From Ferrimonas sp. (lineage in GTDB: Bacteria > Pseudomonadota > Gammaproteobacteria > Enterobacterales > Shewanellaceae): 64,000 nt of DNA. The stretch lies in NCBI RefSeq assembly GCF_048263965.1, contig NZ_JBLXDO010000017.1, forward strand, positions 7,223 to 71,222. Direction: 5' to 3'. Below, one piece after another: positions 24,825-35,628 of the stretch (its first letter is position 1; each line of letters opens with the position of its first letter). Under the pieces are notes generated by a model, which saw only the letters and a list, made by a program, of their open reading frames with translations, was not told where the DNA came from and ran no database searches. A program made the position numbers and the translations under genes.

Positions 24825-26177
24825 GTGAAGATGACCCATACCCCGACCATGGACGACCAGATGACCGGCAAGGACACGCCGGACCCCCTGAAGTTTGCCT
24901 TTGAGCAGAAACGCGGTGCCCATGCCGGGGGCGGCGGCCGGCCACCTGTGGCTGCGGACCAGGTGCAAGCCACACTGAACAGACTGTTGGCCCAGGAAGC
25001 CACTCCAGGCAAGCGGCGCTTGCTCTACCTCCACGTCCCCTTCTGTCGGGTACGTTGCACTTTTTGCAGCTTCTTTCAGTATGCCGCCAGCAGAAAGCTG
25101 GTGGATGAGTATTTTGGTCACCTGCTGGCCGAGATTCGGCGCAAGGGTGAGACCCCTTATGCCCAGAGCGCCCCCTTCCACGCGGTCTACATCGGCGGCG
25201 GAACCCCGACGGACCTGTCTGGCGATCAGATTCATGAACTGGGGCAGGCTCTGAGAGAGAGTTTTCCCCTGACACCGGATTGTGAGCTGACCCTTGAAGG
25301 GCGCATAAACCGATTCGATGACGCCAAGTTCCAGGGCGCCCTGGATGGGGGATTCAACCGGTTCTCCTTTGGCGTGCAGAGTTTCAATACCCAGGTACGA
25401 CGTGCCGCCAAGCGTCTCGATGACCGGGATCAGGTGATGGGGCGCCTGAAAGAGCTGGTCGCCGCGGACCAAGCCCCTGTGGTCATTGACCTGTTGTTTG
25501 GCCTGCCTTATCAGACTCCGTCAATCTGGCAGCAGGATCTGGAGGATATGCTGGAGTGCGGGGTCAGCGGCGTTGACCTCTACCAGCTTATCGATCTCAG
25601 CGGTACCTCCATGTTGGAGCAGTGTGAAAAGGGCACCGCTCCGCCGCCGGCGGACACTCCCACCAAGGCGATGATGTACCGGATGGGAGATGAGTTTATG
25701 GATCGCCACCAGCTGCGTCGGCTCAGTTGCTGCCACTGGTCCTCGGATAACCGGGAGCGCAGTCTCTACAACTCCATGGTCAAGTCCGGTGCGGAGATTC
25801 TGCCTCTGGGAGCCGGGGCCGGCGGTAACCTCGGGGGCTATGCCCTGATGCAGCCCAGAGACCTCGAGGCCTATCAGAGGGCCATTACAGACAAGGAATG
25901 GCCGGTGATGATGCTGTTGCCCAAAGGCGAGGAGGGCGTCAAGGCGGCCCTGGTGGGTGCCTGCGATAAGGGCTTCATCCACCGAAGCCTGTTGGGAGAA
26001 CCGCTGTATCAACACGCCATGCCCCTGTTCAAAGCCTGGGAGAAGCGCGGCCTGGCCAAGGTCAGCTCCGATGCGGTGACCTTTACCCTGGCGGGACGGT
26101 TCTGGCAGGTCAACCTGTGCAACGGCCTGCTCAGCTATATGAATTCCAACCCTATGACAATGGAGAAGATTGCATGA
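24825..26177 (+). CDS. hutW: Anaerobic heme-degrading radical SAM methyltransferase HutW/ChuW
   Basis: LYLHVPFCRVRCTFC (CxxxCxxC), YIGGGTP, RFSFGVQSF; followed by hutX and hutZ. Confidence 0.92.
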   Translation: MKMTHTPTMDDQMTGKDTPDPLKFAFEQKRGAHAGGGGRPPVAADQVQATLNRLLAQEATPGKRRLLYLHVPFCRVRCTFCSFFQYAASRKLVDEYFGHLLAEIRRKGETPYAQSAPFHAVYIGGGTPTDLSGDQIHELGQALRESFPLTPDCELTLEGRINRFDDAKFQGALDGGFNRFSFGVQSFNTQVRRAAKRLDDRDQVMGRLKELVAADQAPVVIDLLFGLPYQTPSIWQQDLEDMLECGVSGVDLYQLIDLSGTSMLEQCEKGTAPPPADTPTKAMMYRMGDEFMDRHQLRRLSCCHWSSDNRERSLYNSMVKSGAEILPLGAGAGGNLGGYALMQPRDLEAYQRAITDKEWPVMMLLPKGEEGVKAALVGACDKGFIHRSLLGEPLYQHAMPLFKAWEKRGLAKVSSDAVTFTLAGRFWQVNLCNGLLSYMNSNPMTMEKIA

Positions 26178-26677
26178 ATGATATCGCCCAGGCGGTTGCC
26201 CGCAAGATTGAGGAAAACCCCAGCCTGATGCCCGGTCAGATCGCCTCCGAGCTGGAAGTCAGTGAGTTTGAGGTGGTGGCCGCACTGCCGGAGCCCATGA
26301 GTGCTCTGCTGCCGGTGGAGCACCTCGCCACCCTGATGGAGTCATTGCCAAACTGGGGCCCCATGACCACCATCGTCAGTGTGGCCGGGTCCATCTTTGA
26401 ATTTAAGGGGGCCTTTCCCAGGGGTAAGCCGGGCCATGGCTACTTCAATCTGATCACCAAGGGGGAGGGGCTGCATGGCCACCTGAAACTGGATGCGGTT
26501 CAGCATATCGCCCTGGTGAGCAAGCCCTTCATGGGCAGTGAGAGTCACAGCATTCAGTTTTTTGATGCCCAGGGGGCCATCATCTTCAAGATTTACCTCG
26601 GCCGGGACAGTAAGCGGGTGCTGCTGGCCGACCAGGTGGAGCGGTTCAGCGAACTGCGTCGTACTCTGGCTAGCTGA
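26174..26677 (+). CDS. hutX: Heme utilization carrier protein HutX/ChuX
   Basis: ATGA overlap; GSIFEFKG, GYFNL, LHGHL, FKIYLGRD. Confidence 0.92.
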   Translation: MNDIAQAVARKIEENPSLMPGQIASELEVSEFEVVAALPEPMSALLPVEHLATLMESLPNWGPMTTIVSVAGSIFEFKGAFPRGKPGHGYFNLITKGEGLHGHLKLDAVQHIALVSKPFMGSESHSIQFFDAQGAIIFKIYLGRDSKRVLLADQVERFSELRRTLAS

Positions 26678-26715
26678 GCCAGCAACACAAAGACAAATAA
26701 GGGAAGAACAAACAG

Positions 26716-27252
26716 ATGGACAACCAGAAAGATCAGAGACTGAGAGAGCGCTTGCTCCCCGAGATTGAGGAGTTCAAGACCAAGGCCCAGACCCTGATGC
26801 TGGCGACCCTGGACAGGGAGGGGGTGCCCAATGTCAGCTACGCCCCCTTCGCTCAGGGGGCTGAGGGGTTCTATATCCTGATCAGCGATATGGCCCGTCA
26901 TGGCATGAACCTCAAGGTGAACAAGGCCCTGTCGGTGATGCTGGTTCAGGATGAGTCTGAAGCCAAGACGGTATTCGCCCGCAAGCGGTTGACCTTCGAT
27001 GTTCAGGCGCAGCATGTTGCCCGGGAGAGCGAGGGCTTTGCGGCGGGCATTGCCGCCCTGGAATCCCGCTTCGGGGACATGGCCGAGAACCTTTCCAAGC
27101 TGGCAGATTTCAACCTCTACTGCTTACGGCCAAGCAAGGGGTTGTTTGTCAAAGGCTTTGGCCAGGCGTTCGCCATCGGTGGCGATGACCTGAATCAGGT
27201 GAGCTGGATGATCGGCGACGGCAAGGGACACGGCCACGCCAGAACGGCCTAA
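26716..27252 (+). CDS. hutZ: Heme utilization protein HutZ (split-barrel)
   Basis: PNVSYAPF, ISDMARHG, FARKRLTF, FVKGFGQAF. Confidence 0.92.
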   Translation: MDNQKDQRLRERLLPEIEEFKTKAQTLMLATLDREGVPNVSYAPFAQGAEGFYILISDMARHGMNLKVNKALSVMLVQDESEAKTVFARKRLTFDVQAQHVARESEGFAAGIAALESRFGDMAENLSKLADFNLYCLRPSKGLFVKGFGQAFAIGGDDLNQVSWMIGDGKGHGHARTA

Positions 27253-27300
27253 CAACCTGATTTATTGAGATCCCCTTTCGGGACCGTTTTTGTTTATGAT

Positions 27301-27330
27301 GGGTGACACTCTGTGTCACCCGATTTTTTT
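27301..27330 (+). terminator. Terminator after hutZ
   Basis: GGGTGACAC-TCT-GTGTCACCC-GA-TTTTTTT. Confidence 0.75.
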
Positions 27331-27346
27331 GGAGACTCACCCGTCG

Positions 27347-29095
27347 ATGAAGCGCGCCCCCCTCACCTCAGTCGTACCCTGGATCTTGTCACTGCTTAAA
27401 CCCTATCGGGGGCGGGTGATTGCCGCCTGTGTGGCGCTCGCGGTGGGCTCCCTCAGCTGGCTGGCTTTGGGGCAGGGGGTGAAGATGCTGGTGGATGAGG
27501 GGTTCCTGTCGGACAACAGCCAACGTCTCAATCAGATTATGCTGGTGGTGCTGGGGATCAATCTGCTGGGGGCCCTAGCGGCGTTTTGTCGCTTCTACCT
27601 GATGTCCTGGCTGGGGGAGCGGGTCAGCGCCGATATCCGCCGCACTGTCTACAACCACCTGTTGACCCTCTCTCCAGGTTTCTATGAGTCCACCCGCACC
27701 GGGGAGGTGATCTCCCGCTTTACCAGTGACACCACGGTGATTCAGACCGTGGTGGGGATGAGCCTTTCCATGGCGCTGCGCTCCAGCGTCACCCTGGTGG
27801 GGGGCCTGCTGATGATGCTGGTGACCAGCCCGATGATGACCCTGTACACCGCGGTGGCCGTGCCCCTGGTGCTGGTGCCCATTCGGGTACTGGGCGCCAA
27901 GGTGAGAATATACGCCAAGGCGAGCCAGGACAGGGTGGCGGACATCGGCGCCTACGTGGATGAAACCCTCCATGAGATCCATACGGTGCAATCCTATACC
28001 CACGAGGCGGTGGACAGGGGCAACTTCAACGAGCGAGTGGAAGCGGTGATCGAGGCCGCCGCCAATCGCATCCGTCACCGTGGCCTGTTGATCGCCCTGG
28101 TGATGGGACTCAGTGTCGGCGCCATCACCCTGGTCGCCTGGCTGGGGGCCCTGGAGGTGCTCGGTGGCGGCATGAGTGCCGGTGAACTGACCGCCTTCCT
28201 GTTCTATGCGGTGATGGTGGCCGGTGCGGTGGCCACGGTGTCTGAAGTGATCGGTGAGGTGCAGCGCGCCGCGGGGGCGACAGAACGACTGCTGGAGCTG
28301 CTCAGCACCCAGCCAGAGATCCGGGCTCCGGAATCACCTCTGGCCTTGCCTTCGCCTGTGCGTGGCGAGCTGATCCTGGAGAATCTTTTCTTTGCCTACC
28401 CCAGTGCCCCGGACAAAGCGGTCCTCGAAGAGCTGAATCTGACCCTTAATCCCGGTGAACGGGTGGCCCTGGTGGGCCCCAGTGGCGCCGGCAAGTCCAC
28501 CCTGTTTCAGCTGTTGCAACAGTTCTATCTGCCACAGCAGGGTAGGGTACTGCTTGATGGGACAGACCTGACTTCACTGGACCCTCTGGAGATTCGCCGT
28601 CAGTTCGCCCTGGTGCCCCAGGAGTCGGTGATCTTTGCCAGCAGCGCGCTGGAAAATGTGCGCTACGGTCGACCCGGTGCCTCCCTGGAGGAGGTGAAGC
28701 AGGCCTGCCGTGCGGCCCGGGCCCATGAGTTTATCGAGGCTCTGCCTCAGGGGTATGACACCAACCTGGGGGAGCGCGGGGTGCGTCTCTCCGGCGGTCA
28801 GAAGCAGCGCATCGCCATTGCCCGGGCCCTGTTGGCGGACCGGCCGGTACTGCTGCTGGATGAGGCCACCAGTGCCCTGGATGCCGCCAGTGAACAGCAG
28901 GTGAAGCTGGCCCTGGACGAGCTGATGCGGGGCAAGACCACGGTGATCATCGCTCACCGCCTGGCCACCGTGGTCAATGCGGACCGGATTGTGGTGATGG
29001 AGCAGGGGAGAATCATCGCCATGGGTACCCACAGCGAGCTGGTGGCCAGAAACGCCCTCTACAAGGAGTTGGCGGACCTGCAACTGGTGAGTTGA
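27347..29095 (+). CDS. Fused permease/ATPase ABC exporter (MsbA-like), substrate unknown
   Basis: Six-TM domain plus GPSGAGKST, LSGGQKQR, LLLDEATSALD. Confidence 0.92.
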   Translation: MKRAPLTSVVPWILSLLKPYRGRVIAACVALAVGSLSWLALGQGVKMLVDEGFLSDNSQRLNQIMLVVLGINLLGALAAFCRFYLMSWLGERVSADIRRTVYNHLLTLSPGFYESTRTGEVISRFTSDTTVIQTVVGMSLSMALRSSVTLVGGLLMMLVTSPMMTLYTAVAVPLVLVPIRVLGAKVRIYAKASQDRVADIGAYVDETLHEIHTVQSYTHEAVDRGNFNERVEAVIEAAANRIRHRGLLIALVMGLSVGAITLVAWLGALEVLGGGMSAGELTAFLFYAVMVAGAVATVSEVIGEVQRAAGATERLLELLSTQPEIRAPESPLALPSPVRGELILENLFFAYPSAPDKAVLEELNLTLNPGERVALVGPSGAGKSTLFQLLQQFYLPQQGRVLLDGTDLTSLDPLEIRRQFALVPQESVIFASSALENVRYGRPGASLEEVKQACRAARAHEFIEALPQGYDTNLGERGVRLSGGQKQRIAIARALLADRPVLLLDEATSALDAASEQQVKLALDELMRGKTTVIIAHRLATVVNADRIVVMEQGRIIAMGTHSELVARNALYKELADLQLVS

Positions 29096-29209
29096 GGCTG
29101 TATCTGACCCAGATTGCCCGAGATTTTGTTGGCAGCTTGATCCACCGCACCGTCAGCTACCGTCCCGGCGCGGCATAATGGTTCCTTTTGAATGCTACTG
29201 AGAGCCACC

Positions 29210-30427
29210 ATGGACAAGCTGCTAGATCGCTTTCTTCACTACGTAACCTTTGATACCCAGGCGGACGCCGAGTCCAGCACCCTGCCCAGCACTCCGGGAC
29301 AGCTGGTGCTGGCTCGTGCCCTGTTTGATGAACTCACCAACCTGGGGTTTGCGGACGTCTCTCTGGATGACAACGGCTATGTGATGGCCACCCTGCCTGC
29401 CAACAGCCAGCGTGAGCTGCCGACCATCGGCTTTATCGCTCACATGGATACCGCCCCGGATGCGTCAGGTAAGGATGTACGGCCGCAGATCATCCGTGAT
29501 TACGATGGTGGTGTGGTGGCCCTGGGCGACAAGGGGGAGAAGCTGGATCCGGCCCAGTATCCGGCGCTGAACAGCCTGAAGGGTAAAACCCTGATCACCA
29601 CCGACGGTTCCACCCTGCTGGGGGCGGACAACAAGGCGGGCATTGCCGAGATCATCACCGCCATGATGGTGCTCAAGGCCAACCCGCAGATTGAGCACGG
29701 ACCCATACGCATCGGCTTTACCCCGGATGAGGAGATTGGTCTGGGGGCCAGTGAGTTCGATGTGGCCAAGTTTGGTGCCCAGTGGGCCTATACCATAGAT
29801 GGCGGTCCTGTGGGTGAGCTGGAGTATGAGAACTTCAATGCCGCCAGCGCCACCCTGGTGTTCAGCGGCAACTCGGTGCATCCCGGCAGTGCCAAAAACA
29901 AACTGGTCAACGCCCTGTCCCTGGCCACCGGGTTCCATCAGCAGATGCCCAGCAGTGAGACGCCGGAGCATACCGAAGGCTATGAGGGGTTCTACCACCT
30001 GGTGGGGATCAAGGGGGGCACCGCCGAGGCCAGCCTGCACTACATCGTCCGTGATTTCTGCCTCGACTCCCTGGCCCGTCGCCGTGTCTATCTGCAGGCT
30101 CAGGCCGATGCCTTCACCCGGTCGGGCAAGCCCTGCGAGCTGCAGTGGACCGATGGCTATCGCAACATGAGGGAGCAGGTGGAGCCTCATCCGCACATCA
30201 TTGAGCTGGCCAGGGAGGCGATGCTGGAGTGCGGTGTTGAGCCGGACATCAAGCCTATTCGCGGCGGAACCGATGGGGCGGTACTTTCCTATAAAGGACT
30301 GCCTTGTCCTAATATCTTTACTGGGGGCTACAACTTCCACGGAAAGCATGAGTTCATCACCCTGGAGGGGATGGAGCAGGCAGTGGCGGTGATCGTCAAG
30401 CTGTGTCAGCTGACGGCGGCCCGCTGA
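29210..30427 (+). CDS. pepT: Peptidase T (M20B tripeptidase)
   Basis: [37 protein letters not shown]. Confidence 0.96.
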   Translation: MDKLLDRFLHYVTFDTQADAESSTLPSTPGQLVLARALFDELTNLGFADVSLDDNGYVMATLPANSQRELPTIGFIAHMDTAPDASGKDVRPQIIRDYDGGVVALGDKGEKLDPAQYPALNSLKGKTLITTDGSTLLGADNKAGIAEIITAMMVLKANPQIEHGPIRIGFTPDEEIGLGASEFDVAKFGAQWAYTIDGGPVGELEYENFNAASATLVFSGNSVHPGSAKNKLVNALSLATGFHQQMPSSETPEHTEGYEGFYHLVGIKGGTAEASLHYIVRDFCLDSLARRRVYLQAQADAFTRSGKPCELQWTDGYRNMREQVEPHPHIIELAREAMLECGVEPDIKPIRGGTDGAVLSYKGLPCPNIFTGGYNFHGKHEFITLEGMEQAVAVIVKLCQLTAAR

Positions 30428-30462
30428 TCGAGAGCGGGGCCGGGCCCTGCCATGGAGCATCT

Positions 30463-30801
30463 ATGATTGCGGTGATACTGGAGATCTACCCCACACAATC
30501 CGGCAAGGAGGCGTTTACGGCCCTGGCGGAGCGGTTGCTGGTGATGATCAGTGGTCACCGGGGGCTGGTGTCCATCGAGCGGTTTCAAAGCCTGATGGAT
30601 GAGCACAAGCTGCTCAGCCTCTCTTTCTGGCTGACCCGTGAAGATGTCCAGCAGTGGCATCGTCATCTGCAACAGGAGTTGTCACAGGATCCCGCAGCCA
30701 AGGCCCTGATTCGCCACTATCGAGTGCGCACCGCTCTGGTGGAGCGGGATCATGCCGGTGACCACCGCCATATAGATGCCTACTTTGACCATCTGGCCTG
30801 A
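30463..30801 (+). CDS. Antibiotic biosynthesis monooxygenase (ABM) family protein
   Basis: MIAVILE...GLVSIERFQS...KLLSLSFW...YRVR pattern. Confidence 0.8.
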   Translation: MIAVILEIYPTQSGKEAFTALAERLLVMISGHRGLVSIERFQSLMDEHKLLSLSFWLTREDVQQWHRHLQQELSQDPAAKALIRHYRVRTALVERDHAGDHRHIDAYFDHLA

Positions 30802-30882
30802 AATCAGGTCGCTTTAAGCCCTCCCGGTTTGCTTCAGGCCAGATCAGCCGTTAGCTTGAGGCCAGAATCTGAGGAGGGCAGC

Positions 30883-31554
30883 ATGTCGCAACAGGGGTTT
30901 CAACAAGAGTATCGCCGGGGGATAGCGCCCGGCTATTCCGGCTACCTTCACGCCACTGCCGTGCTGGCCATTGGGGCTGCTGTCCTGGGATACAGCGCCG
31001 TGCAGCTCCAATCTCCCTCTTCCTGGCAGTGGCTGACCGTGTTGGCGGCATTGCTCATCGGCAACCTGCTCGAGTATGTGGCTCATCGCTGGCTGGGGCA
31101 TCGCCGAACCCGGCTGTTGCCCCTGTTCTACCAGCGTCACAGCGGTGATCATCACAGGTTTTTCACCCATCTGGATATGCTCTGGCAAAGCCACCGTGAC
31201 TGGCGGGTGGTGCTGTTTCCCCTTTATCTCATCCTGTTGGTGATTGTGGCCAACGCTGCTCTGGGGTGGGGCCTGGCTCAGCTGTTTGGGGAGAACCTGG
31301 GCTGGTTGTGGTTGATGGGCACGGTATCGGCCTATCTGCTCTACGAAATCTGTCACTTCACCTGGCACCTTCCGGCCAATCACCCGCTGTTTCGAATCCG
31401 AGCGCTGGATGCCATGAGGGAGAGGCACAGGCTGCACCATCACCCCAAATGGATGAACCGCATCAACTTTAACATCACCTGGCCGCTGACTGACTGGCTG
31501 CTGGGAACAGACTCTCCCCGCGAGCCCGGGGGGCCATCGTCACCAATAGAGTAA
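30883..31554 (+). CDS. Sterol desaturase / fatty acid hydroxylase family membrane di-iron enzyme
   Basis: His boxes HRWLGH, RHSGDHH, CHFTWH, RHRLHHH; NFNIT...DWLLGT. Confidence 0.85.
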   Translation: MSQQGFQQEYRRGIAPGYSGYLHATAVLAIGAAVLGYSAVQLQSPSSWQWLTVLAALLIGNLLEYVAHRWLGHRRTRLLPLFYQRHSGDHHRFFTHLDMLWQSHRDWRVVLFPLYLILLVIVANAALGWGLAQLFGENLGWLWLMGTVSAYLLYEICHFTWHLPANHPLFRIRALDAMRERHRLHHHPKWMNRINFNITWPLTDWLLGTDSPREPGGPSSPIE

Positions 31555-31563
31555 GGAGTACTC

Positions 31564-31923
31564 ATGTCTGAAACGGACCTGCACGCCCAGGGCGGCTTCA
31601 CTGAAAAAGAGGACAGTGCCAAGACCCATGGGCTGATCGCCTATGGATTGATGCTGGCGGGCGCCTTTACCGGGATTCTGTGGTTGGTGGGGGCCATCTG
31701 GGCCATGCTCAAGCGGGCAGACGCCCGGGGCACCCGCTTCGAGGATCACTACCAGAATATGGTGACCACCTTCTGGTGGGGGTTGGGGCTGGCCCTGTTG
31801 GGGGTGGCGTTGATCCCCTTTGGGCTGGGGTTGCTGGTGCTCTTTGCCATGGGCCTCTGGACCCTGTACCGATTGATAAAGGGGCTGATTCGCCTGATGG
31901 ACAATCGCAGCTTCCAGAACTAG
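31564..31923 (+). CDS. DUF4870-like small membrane protein
   Basis: Three TM segments; HYQNMVTTFWW; LYRLIKG. Confidence 0.75.
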   Translation: MSETDLHAQGGFTEKEDSAKTHGLIAYGLMLAGAFTGILWLVGAIWAMLKRADARGTRFEDHYQNMVTTFWWGLGLALLGVALIPFGLGLLVLFAMGLWTLYRLIKGLIRLMDNRSFQN

Positions 31924-31973
31924 GTCAACAGGTCGTTAGGACAGGAGGGAAGCTTAAAGCTGGTGCCGCCAGC

Positions 31974-34457
31974 TCAGGGCGTCATTTTTTTGAGCAGCAG
32001 CTCGGTGAGCCTGTCCGCGGTCAGGGGGCGGCTGAACAGGAAACCCTGTGCCAGGCGGCAGCCGCTGTCACACAGGAAGCCTGCCTGGCCCTGGTTCTCC
32101 ACCCCTTCGGCGATCACCGTCAGGGAGAGAGAGTGGCCCATGGAGATGATCGCTTCTACGATGCCCCGGCTGTCCTGATCGCCAGGGACACCACTGACGA
32201 AGCTGCGGTCAATCTTCAGGGTGTTGAGGGGTAGCCGTTTCAGGTAGCTCAGGGAGGAGTAGCCTGTGCCAAAGTCATCGATGGAGATGTGGATCCCCAT
32301 GCTCCTCAGTTGACCCAGACGGCGGATCGACTCCTCCGGATTCTGAATCATAAAACTCTCTGTCACCTCCAGCTCCAGTGCCGAAGCGGGCATGCCGCTC
32401 TCCATCAGCACCTGGCTTACCTCACTGACAAAGTTGTCTTTCAGCAGCTGGGGGCCGGCGATGTTGACGGCGATGCGGCCAAAGTTCAGGCTCTGGTCAA
32501 GCCAGTTGGCGCCCTGGTGACAGGCCTGCTTCAGTACCCACAGACCGATTTCGTCGATGAGGCCTATACGCTCGGCAGCAGGAATGAACCTCGACGGGGA
32601 AACCTGTCCAAGCTCTTCAGACTGCCACCGAAGCAGGGCTTCCAGACCCACCAGTTGACCGCTGTTGAGATCCACCTGGGGCTGATAGACCAGATAAAAC
32701 TCCTCTCGCTCCAGGGCGGAGTGCAAGGCGCTTTGCACCTTGAGGTGCTCCATGGACTCTTCGGTCAGGGTATGGGTATAGAAGGCGAAGCTGTTGCGAC
32801 CCTGCTGTTTGGCCCGGTACATGGCGGTATCGGCGTTGCGAAGCAGGGTGTCCCTGCTGCTGCCATCCTGAGGGTAAAGGGCGATGCCCATGCTGCCGGT
32901 GAGTTTCAGCTGCTCCCCTGTGCTGAGAGCCACAGGTTGCTGGAACAGGCTCATCAGGCCGCTGGCAACATTGGTGGCCGCAGGAGCCCCGCCCACTTCA
33001 GGAAGCAGAATCACAAACTCATCTCCGCCAATCCGTGCGACGGTATCCGAGCTTCGCAGCTGGTTCTTGAGGCGCTGGGCTATTTCACACAGCACCTCGT
33101 CGCCCACCAGATGGCCGCGACTGTCATTGATCAGCTTGAAGTGGTCCACATCGATAAACACCACCGCCAGTTCACTCTGGTTCCTGGTGGCACGGGCGAT
33201 CTCCTGGTCCAACTGGCTGTGGATGCGCACCCGGTTCGGCAAACCGGTGAGAGGATCATGGTAGGCCATGTGGGCCAGGCGCTCTTCGGTCTGTTTCTGC
33301 AGTGAGATGTCGGAGAAGAGGGCGACCAGGTAGCGGATGCCGCCATCATCATCGTATACCGCCGAGTGAGTGGCCATCTGTGGGTAGAGGGTGCCGTCCT
33401 TACGCCGATTCCACACCTCGCCGTGCCAGTGCCCCTGAGCCAGCATGCTTCGCCACATCGACTCGTAGAATGTCTGGTCATGGCGGCCCGACTTGAGGAT
33501 CCTGGGGTTGTTGGTCAGGGCCTCCTCTCGGCTGTATCCGGTGATGCGGCAAAAGGCGTCATTGACCTCGATGATGGTGCCGCGATGATCGGTGATCATC
33601 ACCCCTTCCGCAGAGTTGGCAAACACCGTGGCGGCCAGGGTCAGCTGCTCCTGGAATACCCGACGCTGGGTGACGTTTCGAGTCATGCCGATGACCCCCA
33701 GCAGCTCTCCCTGCTTGTCGATAATGGGGCTCTTGATGGTTTCCAGCCAGGTCTGCTGCTCCGGATCGCCGGGGTCGGCGCACTCCTCCACCACCATCTG
33801 TCGACACTGACGAATTGCCTGGTTGTCGGCGGCTTCAAACACGGCGGCCCGCTCAGGCCCAAACAGCTGGGTGTCGTTTCGCCCAAGGGGAGAGCATTGC
33901 CAGTCGCGGACCACACTCTGGTTGGCTGCAACGTAGATGCCTTTGGCATCCTTAATCCAGACATGATCCTCAATGCTGTTGATGAAATCATTGAGGGTGA
34001 TGCCTCTCAGGGCGGCGTCCTCGCCAGCCTGAGCATCCGTGTGGTGTTTCAGATGCCTGGCCAGATCGTTTTCCATTCGTCCACAGAGGTTGTCCTTGAG
34101 CAGCTTGGCATCGTCACTCAGCGCTGTCGGTCCATAGAGGCAGATGAGGCCGAAGAGCACGCCGTTGGGCCAGAACACCTCGTGGAGATGCAGCCTGGGA
34201 TCCCTGGTTTTTTTGTCCGACGTATAGTTCAGGGTGGCACGAAGTTGCTCGGCCACTGGGGTGAGGATCAGCTTCAGTTGTTCGGGTGAGCAGTCGTTGG
34301 CGTCACAGAGCAAAATGGGCTCTGCGCCCTGATCCACGTGAAGGATGACGCCTTTGGCGTCAGCGGCGTTGGCCAGCAGCCTCATGGAGGGGCGCCAGTC
34401 CTGGCCCAGATCTGCAAAGACGCTTGTGTCCAGCCACTCTGGATTCAGTACTGCCAC
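31974..34457 (-). CDS. PAS-PAS-GGDEF-EAL c-di-GMP enzyme
   Basis: Two PAS/PAC domains, intact GGDEF with RSSD I-site, EALLRW and DDFGTGYSS. Confidence 0.95.
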   Translation of the reverse strand: MAVLNPEWLDTSVFADLGQDWRPSMRLLANAADAKGVILHVDQGAEPILLCDANDCSPEQLKLILTPVAEQLRATLNYTSDKKTRDPRLHLHEVFWPNGVLFGLICLYGPTALSDDAKLLKDNLCGRMENDLARHLKHHTDAQAGEDAALRGITLNDFINSIEDHVWIKDAKGIYVAANQSVVRDWQCSPLGRNDTQLFGPERAAVFEAADNQAIRQCRQMVVEECADPGDPEQQTWLETIKSPIIDKQGELLGVIGMTRNVTQRRVFQEQLTLAATVFANSAEGVMITDHRGTIIEVNDAFCRITGYSREEALTNNPRILKSGRHDQTFYESMWRSMLAQGHWHGEVWNRRKDGTLYPQMATHSAVYDDDGGIRYLVALFSDISLQKQTEERLAHMAYHDPLTGLPNRVRIHSQLDQEIARATRNQSELAVVFIDVDHFKLINDSRGHLVGDEVLCEIAQRLKNQLRSSDTVARIGGDEFVILLPEVGGAPAATNVASGLMSLFQQPVALSTGEQLKLTGSMGIALYPQDGSSRDTLLRNADTAMYRAKQQGRNSFAFYTHTLTEESMEHLKVQSALHSALEREEFYLVYQPQVDLNSGQLVGLEALLRWQSEELGQVSPSRFIPAAERIGLIDEIGLWVLKQACHQGANWLDQSLNFGRIAVNIAGPQLLKDNFVSEVSQVLMESGMPASALELEVTESFMIQNPEESIRRLGQLRSMGIHISIDDFGTGYSSLSYLKRLPLNTLKIDRSFVSGVPGDQDSRGIVEAIISMGHSLSLTVIAEGVENQGQAGFLCDSGCRLAQGFLFSRPLTADRLTELLLKKMTP

Positions 34458-34666
34458 TCAGATGCTCCCCTAGGCTCAAACAGGCTACAATAAATAATGC
34501 CAACAATAATAAAGACTTGCCTAACGCTTTGGGGCGTCAGGCTGATTTTTATGCTGGGATTATCTCATTTCGCCGGACTATTGGGAACCAAGGCTTGTTC
34601 CGGGAGAGAAGCTGTACAAGGGCGGGGCCCCGGTTTAGGGGCAGGCGCAACGGCGGTGAGCGGCGA

Positions 34667-35092
34667 TCAGCTCAGCTCCTTTTTCAGAAAGAAGCTGACG
34701 TAGCCGGGGGGCATATCCTCCAGCTTGGCAAACACTTCATAGCTGTGCTGCTGATAGAACTCCAGAGCAAGGTAGTTGGTGGTCTTGATGAAGATGCCGT
34801 GAGCCCCCTTGGCATGGGCGTAGCCCTCCAGTTGGTTCAGCATACGCGTGCCGGCACCGCAGCGTCGCTTGTCCTCTTCCACCCAGATGCCATCCACATG
34901 GAGCCAGCCCAGTTTCACCTCTCCGGCGATACCACCGACGATTCTACCCGTTTCATCTTTAATGAAGCAGGCAACGGTTTCATGTTGCATGGAGCCAGCA
35001 ACGGCGTCGTTGAAGCCAATCAGCCCCTGCTTCAGGGCCTGAACTTCGCTCTGGTCCGGCGGGGATACCGGCGTCAGCTGTAAACTGTCCAT
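34667..35092 (-). CDS. GNAT family N-acetyltransferase
   Basis: LHVDGIWVEEDKRRCGAG, ALEFYQQHSY. Confidence 0.88.
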   Translation of the reverse strand: MDSLQLTPVSPPDQSEVQALKQGLIGFNDAVAGSMQHETVACFIKDETGRIVGGIAGEVKLGWLHVDGIWVEEDKRRCGAGTRMLNQLEGYAHAKGAHGIFIKTTNYLALEFYQQHSYEVFAKLEDMPPGYVSFFLKKELS

Positions 35093-35172
35093 GTCATTGA
35101 TCTCTTGGGCTGGGTAACGGGATTAAGTTACTGTCCACCTGGAGTAGTTGCAAGTTCCGCCGAAATCAGACC

Positions 35173-35544
35173 CTAGAACTGCTCGGAAAATTCGAGTTTC
35201 ATTGAAGCCAACTTCCAGTGGCCATCCCCTTGTCGGCACCACTGCTCCATGAGGATCTTTCCTCGGCCGATGTTCATCTGCCATTGACCACACAACTGGA
35301 CCTCATCATCGCTGATAAGGGTGACCTGAGTGTTCTTGTAAACCAGATCACTGGCTCCGGATTGCAGCATCCCCTGCCAGAAAGTGTGAATCTGCTCCTG
35401 GCCGGTGAACTGCCCCATGGGCTTAACGTCAAGAGACGCGCCATCGGCGAAACTGGCGACACAATAGTCGAGATTGCCGTGATTAAACTGATTGATCCAG
35501 TTCTGGCTGGCCTTGAGGGCGTTAATCAGGGTGTGATGATGCAT
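35173..35544 (-). CDS. SnoaL/NTF2-like small protein
   Basis: WINQFNHGNL...GQEQIHTFW...ILMEQWCRQGDGHWKL alpha/beta-roll pattern. Confidence 0.7.
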   Translation of the reverse strand: MHHHTLINALKASQNWINQFNHGNLDYCVASFADGASLDVKPMGQFTGQEQIHTFWQGMLQSGASDLVYKNTQVTLISDDEVQLCGQWQMNIGRGKILMEQWCRQGDGHWKLASMKLEFSEQF

Positions 35545-35628
35545 AAGCGCCTCCGGATAGTCAGGCCTGATGACAAAAGCATAACACCACCAAGTAATAT
35601 ATGCTGCAAACTACCCTTATCTCGCTCT

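Noticed and set aside
20209-27252. Heme locus lacking an outer-membrane receptor as a novelty
   Set aside because: Same arrangement as the Vibrio tonB1-exbBD-hutBCD / hutWXZ locus, where the receptor is encoded elsewhere.
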